From Podarcis erhardii (taxonomy: Eukaryota), in NCBI GenBank assembly GCA_964252035.1, contig OZ176205.1: a DNA stretch of 64,000 nucleotides; one strand, given 5' to 3'. Below the pieces are notes generated by a model. That model was not told where the DNA came from. It made no database searches and saw only the letters and a list, made by a program, of their open reading frames with translations. Positions 1 through 13,404 of this stretch are shown here, piece after piece. The first letter of the stretch is position 1. Every line of letters starts with the position of its first letter. The position numbers and the translations under genes are program-made.

Positions 1-687
1 CAATATATAACAGTGGAAAATGAAGTAGCCCTCATTTGTACAAATGAACTTGGCAGGTACCAAAGACCAGAGGTTCTTTTTTTAAAAATCCAAGTTCTAT
101 TTCCATTCCAAGGGATGTGTTCATAGATGGCTGTGCCTTTGCTATATGCAGACTCATTAGGAACTCTGGGAATCTAGTGCTGTAATTGTTAACACAGAAA
201 AGTTGGAGTTTCTTGTGTAAGAGGGGGTTAGTTTGAGTGTAGCTGCATACCTGGCTCAAACCTTTGGATCTACCATCTCTGGGGGGGTGTTGTGAGGGGA
301 AATTTTGACTGAACTATGAGAATCTCAGCTTACATCCTAAAATGGAAAGTTGTATGTGTAGTGGTGGATTTAAAATGTTATTTCCATATGTATCCTGACT
401 GTTTCTCAGTCACAGCTGGTTTATTTTTTGTACTAACAGCTGTCCCTTCACCAAATGGACCCAGGGCGGGTTACAAAAAATGCCACAATTAAAAGAAATA
501 CTGTGTAAAATAATAAAATGAAACCACACAAAAAACAACTGATATCAGAATAAGGAAGCAGCAGCACAAAACAGCAATGTACAGAAATGCAGGAGGAAGG
601 AAGACATCCACTCAGCAAAAGGCCTGGGCATAAAGAGTGTGACTTGACTAGGGATGTTGGAGAACTTTGCAATAATTTAACTTGTTA

Positions 688-1015
688 GCGGGTGGTGCTG
701 TGGGTTAAACCACAGAGCCTAGGGCTTGCCGATCAGAAGGTCTGTGGTTCGAATCCCTGTGATGGGGTGAGCTCCTGTTGTTTGGTCCCTGCTCCTGCCA
801 ACCTAGCAGTTCGAAAGCTCATCAAGTGCAAGTAGATAAATAGGTAGGTAAGGTAAATGGGGTTTCCGTGTGCTACTCTGGTTCGCCAGAAGCGGCTTAG
901 TCATGCTGGCCACATGACCCGGAAGCTGAACCAGTAAAGTGAGATGAGCGAGATGAGTGCCACAACCCCAGAGTCATTTGCGACTGGACTTAACTGTCAG
1001 GGGTATTTTACCTTT
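688..1015 (+). mobile_element. Sauria SINE (near full length)
   Basis: tRNA-like head with B box GGTTCGAATCC, body GCAAGTAGATAAATAGGT and GTCATGCTGGCCACATGACCCGGAAG, TTTACCTTT tail. Confidence 0.9.
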
Positions 1016-1085
1016 TTATGCAATAATAGCCAAGGTAAATTATTTCCCCCAGGGAAAAGTAAATAAAGCAAGCTTTGCAAACACA

Positions 1086-1146
<61 letters not shown>
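1086..1146. repeat. Compound microsatellite (CT)14(TG)17
   Basis: Directly visible. Confidence 0.95.
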
Positions 1147-1147
<1 letters not shown>

Positions 1148-1420
1148 TATCCTCCAGTTTCTCTGCCATAATACTAAATATTGGTCAATTTTAAAAAAAT
1201 ACTGTTGCTCTCTCTGCATTTTGCATATTACCACATTTTCTTCTGCATGTGGCTGTTCACAGCTTTGCAAGTAGGAAGGGAAAGTGAGGGAGATGATTGG
1301 ATTTGTTGTGGAATTACAATGGTTGTTTCTCCATTGGGGATGTCTTGCTTATGATCTGTGTCATTCACACAAAGATAATGACTTAAAATCTTTTGAAATA
1401 AATAAACAAATAAAAAATTG

Positions 1421-1503
1421 TCCAGTAGCACCTTAGAGACTAAGAGACTTAGAAACTACTTTGTTCTGGGTATAAGCTTTTATGCGCATGCACACTTCTT
1501 CAC
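1421..1503 (-). mobile_element. Degenerate Penelope-like terminus fragment
   Basis: TCCAGTAGCACCTTAGAGAC...GTATAAGCTTTTATGCGCATGCACACTTCTTCA is similar to the 29.7-kb element; its hammerhead core is mutated. Confidence 0.7.
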
Positions 1504-2099
1504 ACTTCTACCTACCTGAATTTAAAATCTTTTGTTTTATTTCCCACCTTAAGTAAATAAGGTGGCAGGCCTGCCATCATGATATCCATTATGGAAGAGG
1601 TGGTCATGCCTCTATAACAATGACATTATTTTCACAAATAATGATATTAACACCTGGACAAATCAGTGCAAGGTTTGAAGGTATGGGAGGGGCCTCAGAT
1701 CTGGGGCAAAGAAACCAGGCAATTAGTTTCCGCTGCCCCAGATGCTTTGAGTGATTGAAGTGGAACAGGAAAACCTCTCCCTGCTCCTCCTCCTCCTCCT
1801 CCTCCTGTTTGCTGGAGCATCACCCACACATCTCTGCACTGGCAGCATTTGGGAGTGATGGCAAAGTTTTTAAGTTCTTCTACTTATTCCTGGAGGCATG
1901 TCAAACCCAGCTGAAGTTGTAGGCACAAGTATGGGAAGGAGAAAATGTGGCTCTTTTCATTGAGTGCCCCGAGTTGAGACTCTGTGGGAGGCGCAGCGTA
2001 GACTTGCTGGCACTGGCAGCTCCCAACTCGTGGTGTTTAGCCCCACCAGTGATGTCTTGGTCACATTTAAAAGAATGAGCTAAGCAGCCTTGCAGTTTT

Positions 2100-2300
2100 G
2101 CAACTTCCTCTCCCCACGGCTGCTGAGCACTAAATTAAAAGCGAGACCCTGAAAAATGAGGAAATGCCGGGTGCTCTGTGAGAACTGGAGAGAAAGAGCT
2201 TGTTTGGTTACGAGGCGATGCGGCCGGTCACCTTCTTTCTTTGGGAACTGTGAAATTCTCTCCTCCTTTCTCTCTTCTTCCTGGCGCACTGATCACTAAG
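2100..2300 (+). other. TFEB: Candidate non-coding alternative first exon of TFEB (start approximate)
   Basis: Donor AAG|GTAAAA at 2301. TATA-like TTTAAAA at ~2066, adjacent C/EBP-like TTTTGCAA (2096-2103) and PU.1/ETS ACTTCCTC (2103-2110). Locally raised CpG. Confidence 0.4.
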
Positions 2301-5300
2301 GTAAAAACTTTTGGGATTCACAAATGTGCTGTGCATCTGCATTTGGAATTAGAGATCAGCTTGGAAGCTTGATGGTGCATGAGTTTGTTGTGTGATGGCT
2401 CTCAAGGAGCTCCCATGAAGTTCTCTTCTTCTTTGCAGGAGAGATGGGAGTGCGTGTACTGTTTTCTGGACTGTGTGGAAGATGCTAAATCTCTTGTTTT
2501 TGAAAGTTGAAAATGTGTGCCAATAAAAAATGCCCTAAATTAGTTTAGCCCGATGTACTCAGGAGAACAGTAGAATATGAGAGTTGAGATCCAGCCACAG
2601 TTGATGTGAGAAAACAAGTCAATCAAGTGCACTGATTGCTGCACTTCAGGCATGCTTGCAAGTACGATAGGCATGCCTCACCTAAGCTATATTTCAAATT
2701 TTGAGTGTTAATTTTAATTCAATAAATTATTAAATTCAAATTGCAAGCTTGAGTAGTTTTGTTTGGCTCTTCAAACTGATCAAAGCAAGCTCTTTGTTTC
2801 CACAAACTATGCCACATTAGAGTTGTCCAATGAGCTTCTACACATGAACGGCCCAGTGCTGAATTCAAATGCCCATGAGTGTTTGTGCAAATAAGAAAAA
2901 GAGTACTTCAAACTTGCAACTGTAAGAAGAGCCTTGGATTGTGATAGTCAACAGTTGGGAAAGCCATTGAACTGTATCCTGGCCAGGCCAGATGTGAGAG
3001 GCACAGACTTGGCTTATATGCTAGCTGTGTTTCCCATGGTGTTTATAGCTCCATTTTACCCTGAAGTACTGCGGCTAGAGAATGGAATAACCATTCATCA
3101 AGCAGTATTGTTGTCACTTAAACTTTATGCCGTGCACTGTGACAAAGCTTCAGGGTTTATTTTTACTGTGTCATAAAAACAAAAAATATTAAAAATCCAC
3201 TGCTAAAATATCCTCTCTACTTACTCCTGTTTGCCAGCTACATGCCTCAGAATGACTAAGAACCTGCTGAGCGTAAACTATTAAACAGATGTTAATGGCT
3301 GGTGTTATAAAAGTGAGAGGGATTGGTCAAAAGACCTTGCCTCACAGTTCTCCCAGCTGTATCAGAGTTTCCCTCACTCTTAACTGTAACCCATAAAGCA
3401 TATCAAGTAATAGGGTGTTGTTTGGCAGCCCAACTGAGTTTAGTCAAGGTCACAGTTGAACATTTGACTGCCCACAGTTTCACATGTAAAAGAAAAGAGA
3501 ACTGTTCCATTTTTTTTTAAAAAAAAATAACAACACCTGCCTCTTTATACGTAAAATATAAACTTTTGTACTGCACAAGTAATCCTACAACTGAGTGCAT
3601 ATACCTCGTTGCCTGGAAGCCATTATTGCAAGAAAGTGCAAACTTTCGCAGTAATATATACTTCTGCATCCCAAGCCACCCTCAGAGGAAGCCCTGAGAG
3701 GAAAAAAAGACCATCCTTTTGCCAAAGGCACTCATGAACCTAGCTGGCATGCCTAGTATTTTTTCACACAAGCCTCTGCCTGGGCATCCTTCTTGCTTTG
3801 GAAAGCTGGAGTATTTACACTTTTAAATTGAGTCCGTGCAGCAGGACTGGTGGGGCTTGTGCAGGCTGCCTTTGAAAGTACCACAGCTAGCCTCTCTCTC
3901 TGTGTGTTGGTCTTGGCCAAAGTTTGGGAACGCTGCCCTCCAGGATGCAGTGCTCTCCACTTGCTTCTTAGTGGCACTTAGAAAAGAAAACCCAAGAAGA
4001 AAGACTTGTTGAGAGGGCTGCGGGGGGAGCTACACTCCGTTGTTTATACTTCTTTGTCCTCTATTTCCTTTTCTGAAGACTTGTGTATGTGTTGAAGATG
4101 TTTCACAAAACAAAGGGCAAAGGTGAAACTTTCCCCTCTACCTCCTTTCTCCTGGAGCATTCAATAATTACTGGGTCCCTCCTGGGACATTTGCGCTGGC
4201 AATTTTTTTCTTTTTCTTTTTGAAATGGACTCGACGGTGAAATTGATTTTTCCATTCATAAAACATCACTGTCAAATGTTAAGCACAGGAACTGGAGGGA
4301 GCAGGGACATGGCTCTGAGATGAAGCAATTGCTCTGCAGAGTTTCTTTTGTTTTTGGGCTTGGGTGGAGGCGCAAAAGTTTGACTTTCTTATTGACCCAC
4401 GGGTTCTTCCAGACAGGAGTTCATTGCTGAGTTAATGCTGCTCACGGCCACAAGTTGCAGTTTTTCCACACAATGTCCTCCTCAGAATTCACTCCCTTTT
4501 TTATTTTTATTTTTTACATTTAATCTGTATTTTCCCATACCACCTAAAATCTGACAAGTAAAAAAACAAAACCTATTATGCATCTGTAGCCACATTGTGT
4601 GTGTGTGTGGTCTGTCATGCATGTTGTTGTATTTCAGTGCGTGGCCTCTTATTGTCATACCTCTACTTCCAGTGGCTCCTCACCTGGGCACAGCTTGCCC
4701 ATTTTTGTTTCTAGTGGCCCAAAAGACCAAAGGAAAGGAACCTATTTCCATTTATTGCAGCAGACTTTGGAGGAGATGGGTACAGAAAAGCTGGGATGCT
4801 CAAGAGAGTCTCTCTTGTCCCTTTCCTGGCCCCACAGCACTGCTTTCCTATCTGGTAGTTCTTGCCACCACCCTCTTTTTATAGGTCACTTACAGCCTCA
4901 GAAAAGGGGGAAACTGGGGTGACCAATTAACTGTTAGACTTGGGGATCCCAGACCAGTCAGTGCTCCTTGCAATCCCCAGCCAATTCCTTGCAATCTGCT
5001 GCCCCTCCCCCCCAATATAGCAAATTCCTGACCTTGACCAACTTTGATCCTAGACCTCCAACAGGGTGAAAACCAAAGCAGTCTACCTGGGAGCAGGTGC
5101 TTGGGATGGTCAGCTTCCCAGTGGTCTGGAAGATGAGTATGGATCCCATGGTGGTGGTGGGAGGGAACAATAGCACCTCAGTTTTGAGGGGGTGGCTCTT
5201 GGCTCTTTCTGACCAATGAGAGCACCCCATTCTCTCAAGATATCCACACAGATATCCACACATTTATGCTGAGTGTATCCCAGGACAGAAATCACAGCAT

Positions 5301-6651
5301 GTACATCATGGAGTTGTTTTAAGTTAATACAGAAGTTTTGCACTAGACTTCTTTTATCACTCTTGCTCAAGGCCTTAAATTACTTTATCATTTTTTAAAA
5401 AATCAAAATGCCTATTGCACTGCTGAAAAAACCCACAAGCCCTCATTTTGCCATTGTGAAACACTTAACTGGATTAATAAGGCTAGTAATGCTCCTTCCT
5501 TCCTGGGAATTGACCCGTCCCTGTCTGGAAGCTCTGTGGATGACAATTTATTTTCCCTAGAAATGTAAGGGCAGAAAGAGGTCCTTCTTCCCAAAGGAAC
5601 CCAGGGCAGCAAACACAGTAGTAAAGTGATACAGTTAGAAACAAAGACCTATTTAAAAAATGGAAAGCAATTAAGAGCATTTAACAGGAAATTAAAAACA
5701 TACACACACCACCACATTTAATTTCATCGTTTTCTGTAAAAGTATTTTTCAGCCATCATATGCCTGGGTGAATGACGTTTTTCAATTCCTCCTGGATATT
5801 GTTAATGGGGAAGACAGGTGTACCTCACCAGGGAGGGCATTCAAGTAATGGGGGAACTGCCACTGGGAAGGCACTGTCATGGGTCAATGGTGACCAGGGA
5901 GCATCCATTGGTCCCAGTGGGGAGTGCAGCTTATATGGACAGCACTTGTTTGGGACACTGTGGCAGCCCCCTAATGGCATCCTAGGCAGGTTTGTCTTCT
6001 GCAGATTGACTTGGAGCTTGGCTGAGCACTGAGCTAAATCCCGACTTTGAGCCAAGCAGTGTTGCCAGCTTGAAGGTAGGGCAGAATGCACAGCTGCATT
6101 CCCCGTTACTTGGCTCAGCTGATAGGACCTTGCGGTTGCGGAAGAGATTGACAATCTTAAATTAACGTTGCCTGTTGCCCCATACTACTAACCCCCCCCC
6201 AGCAGCTGGTGGGAAGTGCAGGCCTGCACGTGCTCAGGGCCATGGCTTGTAGAGTTTTGTGAGCAGTGAAGGTCATTCTGCGGGGTCTACGTTCTGCAGG
6301 GTTAGGGCTATAATATGCACAGAGAACTTCTCCGCCTTGCAGGGCCCCCACAGTGTCTGCACACTAATCCTGAGCAGTGGTGGGTTTTTGTTTTTTAAAA
6401 AACATGAGGAGGTGCTGACATTCACATTTTGGTAAAAGTGTTGCAGGCAGCAGCATAAAATGGGTGTCATGGGCAGTATAATCCGAGATATTATGGTGCC
6501 CTGTGTCATAACAAAAAAAGTGCTGGGCCTGAAGATGTCTCTCTGTGCGTGTTTATAGGCATAATGTATATAATGTGAGGTGAGGGGATTTCTTTGAGGT
6601 CTCTTGAAGAGTTAAAGTACAAATCCTTATTTTAGGTAGATGTTATGTTGT

Positions 6652-6654
<3 letters not shown>

Positions 6655-6704
<50 letters not shown>
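6655..6704. repeat. (TA)25 microsatellite
   Basis: Directly visible. Confidence 0.95.
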
Positions 6705-6707
<3 letters not shown>

Positions 6708-7568
6708 TGGCAAGCCAATAACTAGAAATAGAATCCGTCTCCTATCACCTCCCAAGGAAGAATGATTTTAGGAGACTGGCAACACCACCTTCTTGAGTAG
6801 GGTGAGGGATCTGTAACCCAACCTACCCCTGGATGTTTTGCCTGTGCTATATATAGTAGCTGGCCTCTTGGAAGTTTGTTTTTATCCCTCTTGGTAAATA
6901 TATTTTTTGCAGCCATCAGACACCACTTCCCCCACCCCCACCAAAGGTTCAAAATAGGAGTAACTGATGGAATTAGGAGTCTATGCTCTATAGGAAAAAG
7001 GAACATGTGTACTGTACTTGTTATCCTGTATAAATGACTAAAGGACCCCCCCTTTTCTTTTTACTAAATATTGAGGAGGGATGGCTCTTGACTGCATTAA
7101 TCATTAACTCCCCTGAGCAAGCACAACAGTTAACTTGAGCGAACAACTGAGCTAAAGTAATGGGAGATACAGTCTGCTGCTAGATTTATGAACTGCGAAG
7201 GAAAACAACTCCTCATATCTAAGGCACTGCCTGGACTGCCAGGTTGAATCTTCCTCACTTTGCAACTGGAAGTATCATCTGCTCTGGTGCAACATGCTGC
7301 CCAGCATGAATTCTCTGCTTACACCTATAGTGATGTTCACCCGCCTGCGCTTTGTGCCCTCTTTGAACAGCTGTGAAGGACTCTTCAGTGTGCAAAACTG
7401 TTTGGGTGTTTCAGCCTCCTTGTGGGTGGCACTGTGAAACAATCCTGTTTCTCCTTGGGCTATGATTGCAGCTTTTTGTTCAGCTTTAAAATGCCCTCAT
7501 CTGAAATTTAGAGACAGGAGAAACTGCAGATGGGTAAACAGCTGATAGGGGAAGGGGCAATAGGTCAG

Positions 7569-7730
7569 GGGCAGAGCATTTTCTTTACGTTCAGAATGTC
7601 CCTGGTGTCTCTAGCTAGGGCTGGGAAAGACTCCTTCCTAGAACCCTGGAGATTTGCTGCCAGTTAGCATGGACAGATCTGAGCCAGATGGACCCAATGG
7701 TCTGACTTGATGTACCTCAAATTCCTATGT
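7569..7730 (+). mobile_element. Squam3-like SINE (degenerate)
   Basis: TAGGGCTGGGAAAGACTCC...CCCTGGAGA...GCTGCCAGT...GAGCCAGATGGACCCAATGGTCTGAC...TTCCTATGT body. Confidence 0.65.
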
Positions 7731-8856
7731 TTTTGACAGTTTTATCAAAGGCCAGCTCCCTTATTTGGCCATCTGAAGCCAGTCCCTCTGGTGATGGTGT
7801 GGGAAGTGAACTTTCAAGTCAGGTGTCACAAACTCATGACTTCTTGAATTGCAGACTGTTATGGTGGCATTTGTGGGTTCTTAATACATGGCTTGCTCTT
7901 CCTGGATTTCCCCTAACCACAAAATCTCCTCTAGTGTACCATGCATGTGTTTACTACCTATCCAACAAATTCATTCTCAGTGATGGTTGCAAAGCTAAGT
8001 GCCATATGGGGACCAGCAGCTTTTTGCCTGGCATTATATTATAACAATTGATCTTGACTTTTTAAAACCTTGTATCTAAGACCAGTGATATGAATCCTGA
8101 AAAATTACAATGGTTTGGATAATAGGTGGAATTAGGAATGAATGTGCTGGGATGAATTTGCAATGCTATAGCTTCTCTTCTACATTACCTAGGCTTTCAT
8201 GACTGGGATAGATGCTTTTTTTTAAAAAAGAAGAAGACATGGTACAATTTCCTGCCAGTTACTGATCTTGGTTTTTCCCATGCTTTTCTCCATTTTTTGA
8301 ATTCTAGAAAGTCATACCAAAGGGACATCTGAACAAACGCTTCCTCCCATCCCATATGTGCCTTCCCAATCCTTGAGGCCATTGGAAGAGGCCCTGTTGT
8401 GGGTCCATCTAACAGTTGGGTGAGTAACAACCAGCTTTATATTTTGTGGCATTCCCAATGAGTGCATTTTGTCTTCCAGGTTCTTTGAGGCAAGGGACAA
8501 GAACATCCTTTTATCGAAAGCCTTTTTTTTTTTTAGACCAATGCTGTTTATATTCAGATGTCATGATAGGTCATGGTTTAGTGTGCTTAAAATGAAACCA
8601 GCATCTCCCCAGGCTCATGTGCTCCCCTCTCTTCCATCGACACAGCCATGAGGTGTTGAGAAGGGTTTGCTTCTGTTTTTGATTAACTGCGGCATCGTAT
8701 TTTGTCCAAAGCCTATAAATTCAATAATTCCAATATAGCAGTGCTAGGTTTGTGCTGCTGTGTTTGTATTGTTTCTGTTTTTAATCTTTTTATATGTTTT
8801 CTTATTGTTGTAATATTTTCAATACATTGTGTACTGTCCTGGGCTACTTTAAGAAG

Positions 8857-9028
8857 AAGGTAAAGGTAAAGGGACCCCTGACCATTAGGTCCAGTTGTGA
8901 CCGACACGGGGGTTGCTCATCTCACTTTACTGGCCAAGGGAGCCAGCGTACAGCTTCTGGGTCATGTGGCCAGCATGACTAAGTCGCTTCTGGCAAACCA
9001 GAGCAGCGCACGGAAACGCCATTTACCT
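8857..9028 (-). mobile_element. Sauria SINE, 5'-truncated, antisense
   Basis: (AAAGGT)n tail and GGGTCATGTGGCCAGCATGACTAAG, the reverse complement of the 3' half of the 688 copy. Confidence 0.88.
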
Positions 9029-9059
9029 AAGCACATAAACACAATAAATAATAAACAAC

Positions 9060-9300
9060 ATTATTTTATTTTATTTTATTTTACTTTACTTTATTTTACT
9101 CATACCCCGCCCATCTGGCTGGGTTTCCCACCTCACCTTTCCCCCAGGCATCTCAAAACAGCACACATGGTTCCTGCCTATTTTATCTACACAACAACCC
9201 TGTGAGGTAGGTCAGACTCAGAGCCAGTGACTGGCCAAAGGTCACCTAGTGAGCCTCATGGGTGGAGTCGGGATTTGATAGTACTACACTACACTGGCTC
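9060..9300 (-). mobile_element. MIR/CORE-like SINE remnant with (TTTTA)n tail
   Basis: ACAACCCTGTGAGGTAGGT...GACTGGCCAAAGGTCACC...GGGATTTGA core preceded by (TTTTA)n. Confidence 0.5.
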
Positions 9301-12300
9301 TCTTGTGTAAAGGAGAGAAAGTTGGCAGATGAAACTTTTTACATCGTAGAGCTGAAACTGGCAGGATTTGCATAGTAGCCACTTGGCACTACATAAAGGC
9401 CAATTCACTAGCACTAGAAGTGTTTGCAATCAAAAGCTCCTCAAAAAACCAGACTAGGCAGCCAGAGGTATAGTTCCTTCAGAAAACACAAAGCAGGGTG
9501 AGCGGGTCCCTTTTTAGTATCATCTCTCCGGCCTATGGAGGATCAAAAGCAAAGTATCAGGTGTCCATAACTTTAGGGCTGGTTTTCGTATACTGTCTGC
9601 CTCCACAGAAATACTTTCGGAATGATTCCTGTGGAAGGATGTGTGTGGAAAATGAATGTCTGAAGGCTGGTAACAGGTGCTCAAAACGAGAATGGAAATG
9701 TTTGTGGGTTGTGCTACAGTTTTCCTGCATTTGATGTAACTGATCCAAATCCTCAGCATTTAGGAAAGAAGAGAGCCTGGATTGTAACTCTTGACTAGTT
9801 TGCCATTTGGTAGGAAACAAGCCTAATAAACCAGAGGCTTGTACTGCAACACTAGTCCGAGTGGCCAAGGCAATGCAAATTGGCTTATCTCCATTCTGGC
9901 ATAGCTGACACTGGCTAAAAGCTGAGATGGGGCAATGGTTTCCCTGCTGTCAAAATTCCTGGCCTTAACCCTTGCCTAGTTCTGCAAAGCTGCCTTTTGT
10001 ATGCAGCTCAGTGTGGCACACACTAGTTCTTTGTTAGCCAGAAGCTCCAGTTACTAAGGCTAGGATGCTCAGCAACTCATCAAGGGCAGATCTGTGTTTT
10101 GTATTCTGTGCCGTCCTCAAGGAGTGCCAATGGTACCAACTTCCTGCTATCTTCTTTTCTGACTTGATTGGGCAGCATGGGGGACAAATAAAAACTAAGC
10201 TTTTATTATTATTACTTTTAAAGACTTTAATTACAACAGAAGAGGGTTCTGGTGTAGATAGATTTTTTTTTTAATGAGCCACTTTTTTAGCCAGCGTAAA
10301 ATAAAGTGTACCCAGTTTTTGCCTGGCAAACATTGGAGGTCATGGTGTCATAAAGCCCTGATTGTAATCACAGCCTGTCTTGCTAGGAGGAGGGTTGAGG
10401 CCCAGCCTCAGTTTCCTCCAAAGCAGGTGTGCTGTCTAAGCCACAGCAAGAAGAGTTTGCAAAAGTTTCTATAGCTCTGGGGCATGAGGTTCTCAGAAAG
10501 GAAGGAAAGATGAGAGAGTGATTTGGGTAGTGGGTTGGCATTTGGGGCAGCTGTGCTTTAGCCTCTGCTTTTGCCACAAGTCTTTCTGTGATCATCATTC
10601 AATAAGCCATACTTTTCTATTTGGGATGGGAGGTGTGTGTGTGTGGGGGGGAGGAGATATTAGCCTGTATTACGGAATGGCAAGAAAGGGGTTATGAAGT
10701 CAAGACATACTGGGTGAATATTTGGTGACCATTTGTCAAGCAGTAACTTATAACAGTGGACATGTAGGGAGTGGGTAATTGCTAGCCGTGATTGTGAGTA
10801 GAAGTTTCCTTCCTGCTCAGTAAGAAATATGAGAAAGTGGGAGAGGGTAGAATTCTGCACCTACTGCATGGTTGCATACTGACCACTTTATAGATAGGAG
10901 GATTTTCACCCAGAAAAGTATTTGGGCCTCCATTCAACATTTGAATTTCAAACATCTGAGTCAGACTCCAAGGACAGCATCCCAAGTATATCATACCTCC
11001 TCCTCTTTTTCTTCCTTCTCGGTAGTTTTTGCTGAAAAGGACTGGAGCCTGAATCATTAAGTTCCTTAATTGAGCCCATTACAGTGCAATGCTATCTTAG
11101 TGGGGTAGCATCAGGCACCTGAAAAGCATACAAAAAGAGCAGCAGCTCTGGAAGAAGGAAGGTTCCTCCTCCACCATCCATGGTATTCTCTATGCCTTTC
11201 TGATGTTGCCTTTGGCAAATTGTTAGCATCCTTTTGTGAGGTGGCTTGTGCCTATAGTAAAACAGACAGCAATCATTTTGTCCCCTTTGCTACTGGTATT
11301 TTAAATATGGTAAATATTCGGTGAGGCATGTGGATCACATGAGGCAGTTTGGAGCCAAAGGGTTCAGAACAAGCAAGGCATGTTTCTCTCACCTTGAAGT
11401 CCCTGGGGCAAATTCACCTTTGGTTCCCAGCCCAGCTATTGGTTGGGTATCTTCACATTTACTGATATCTACTTGGCTGCTCTGTTTCATTTGCCACAAG
11501 CTGAATGTTTTGTGCACCACTGCTCAGGTGTTATGTCTGAACAGGAAATATCCACCTCTGTTGGGGACACAGGGCTGTGCATGCCAAACGTCCTCATCTA
11601 CCTCAGCACTGCTTTCTGTATTCCAGACCTTCTTGTGTTGAGCAAAGGAAGGTCTGAAGGTGGCTTCTGCCAGGACTCCTGATTCTGCAGTGGCTTCTAG
11701 TGTGTTCAGTGTGGGTAAAAGCCTCCTTCTGTCGTTTTCTGCTCAGCACAAGAGGGTCTGAGACTGAATGGGCAAGGACAGGTGTATTAGATTCTGTTGT
11801 CTTGTCCTCTGTGACCCCAACACAGATTGCAATGAGATTCAGGCAACCTATTCACAAACTTAGTTAGATCTAGGAAATGAGTAGAGCTTTACCCATGATT
11901 AGTGTGGTTATCCCAGTCAATGCCAATTCTGTTGTTGTTGATGGAATTGGACTTTGAAGTGGCTATCAGTGGGGAAGTTCAGGCCATTCAGATGATGTGT
12001 ACAGTATTTCCCAGACTTGCACAGGACCCAGGACAGTACATCCTTACTGCCTCCCTATATGATGCCAGTGGCCAGATATTGGCACAGAAATTGAGGCGGA
12101 GATTAGTGCTTCCTGCAACCAATCAGAAGCCGCACTTTGGTTTCCGAATGTTTTGGAAGTCGAACAGACTTTCGGAATGGATTCTGTTTGACTTCCAAGG
12201 TACAACTGTAGATCACTTGTGGGAGGAAATTAGCAAAAATAAACAAAATTAACAAAATAATTGGCTGGATCCCTAGATCCAAAGTTCAGGGCTAAACACA

Positions 12301-13111
12301 CTCTCCAGCAAGAGAGATCCCCCCAGCAGAATTTAAAAGTCACAAAAGCAACCAGCAGGGAAAGCGTGGGAATATAGGCTGTAAAACCCTTTTAATATCC
12401 TGGCAAGTCCACTACCAGCAGTTTAGTTTTTTGATATATATGAGGGGGGAAAAGAGGGAGCAGCTGCTAGTAAAATGTCGTAATTGCTTAAAGCTTCATA
12501 TTCGAATGCAAATCACTAAATAAATAGTCAATTAAATGTCACAGTTAGTTAAGTCACATACTTCTGTTATGCCTGTATAAGTATTCTAAGGAAGCCAGTG
12601 AGCGATTATTATGCTGCTTCATCAAAGTACCTTCTGTGGTGTCGTATTGATTTTTGCGTGCTCATGAATAATGGTATGTTAAACAGGATAGTTGACTGGC
12701 ATCCCATCAGGCATTTCTAATTGTTTTGAAACTTTCCAAGGCATTGCGCTGAGGCACTGAATTCTGCATGATACTAAAGAGGCTCTCACCAACTGAAAAA
12801 GCTAGAGTCTACTGAAGAATATTGGAGTTTGCAAACTTCACATCCTCTTTTGAATGCAAACCTTTGATTTCATTTCATAAAATTTATGTACCACTTATTT
12901 GTAACAAACAAACAAACTACAAAGTAGTTTACAAAAGAATACACGGATAAAATTAGCAATCAAAACTGCTATTTAAAACATTCAAAAAGCAATTTAAATC
13001 AATGATAATCTAAAAACAGTATTTATTTGTTTTGAACTTGCATCGTCAGTCTGCTCCACTTCCTGAGATGTAAGTAGTAGTACAAGATCAATTTCAACAA
13101 CACACTAGTTA

Positions 13112-13390
13112 CCGTATTTTTCGCTCTGTAAGACTCACCCAACCATAACATGCAATTAGTTTTTAGAGGAGGAAAACAAGAAAAAAAAATTCTAAATCAA
13201 ATGTTGTGGAAGAGCCTTTGCACGGCTATCCCTGAAGCCAGAACAGCAAGAGGGATTGCTGCGCAGCTCTCCCTCTTGCTGTTCTGGCTTCAGCGATAGC
13301 TGCGCAGCCTGCATTCACTTCATAAGATGCACACACATTTCCCCTTACTTTTAAGGAGGGAAAAAGTGCGTCTTATAGAGCGAAAAAATA
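13112..13390. mobile_element. Non-autonomous Tc1/mariner element (second family)
   Basis: TA|CCGTATTTTTCGCTCTGTAAGAC...GTCTTATAGAGCGAAAAATAC TIRs; internal hairpin CTGAAGCCAGAACAGCAAGAGGG/CCCTCTTGCTGTTCTGGCTTCAG. Confidence 0.8.
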
Positions 13391-13404
13391 CATTTAGCAT
13401 TTGG

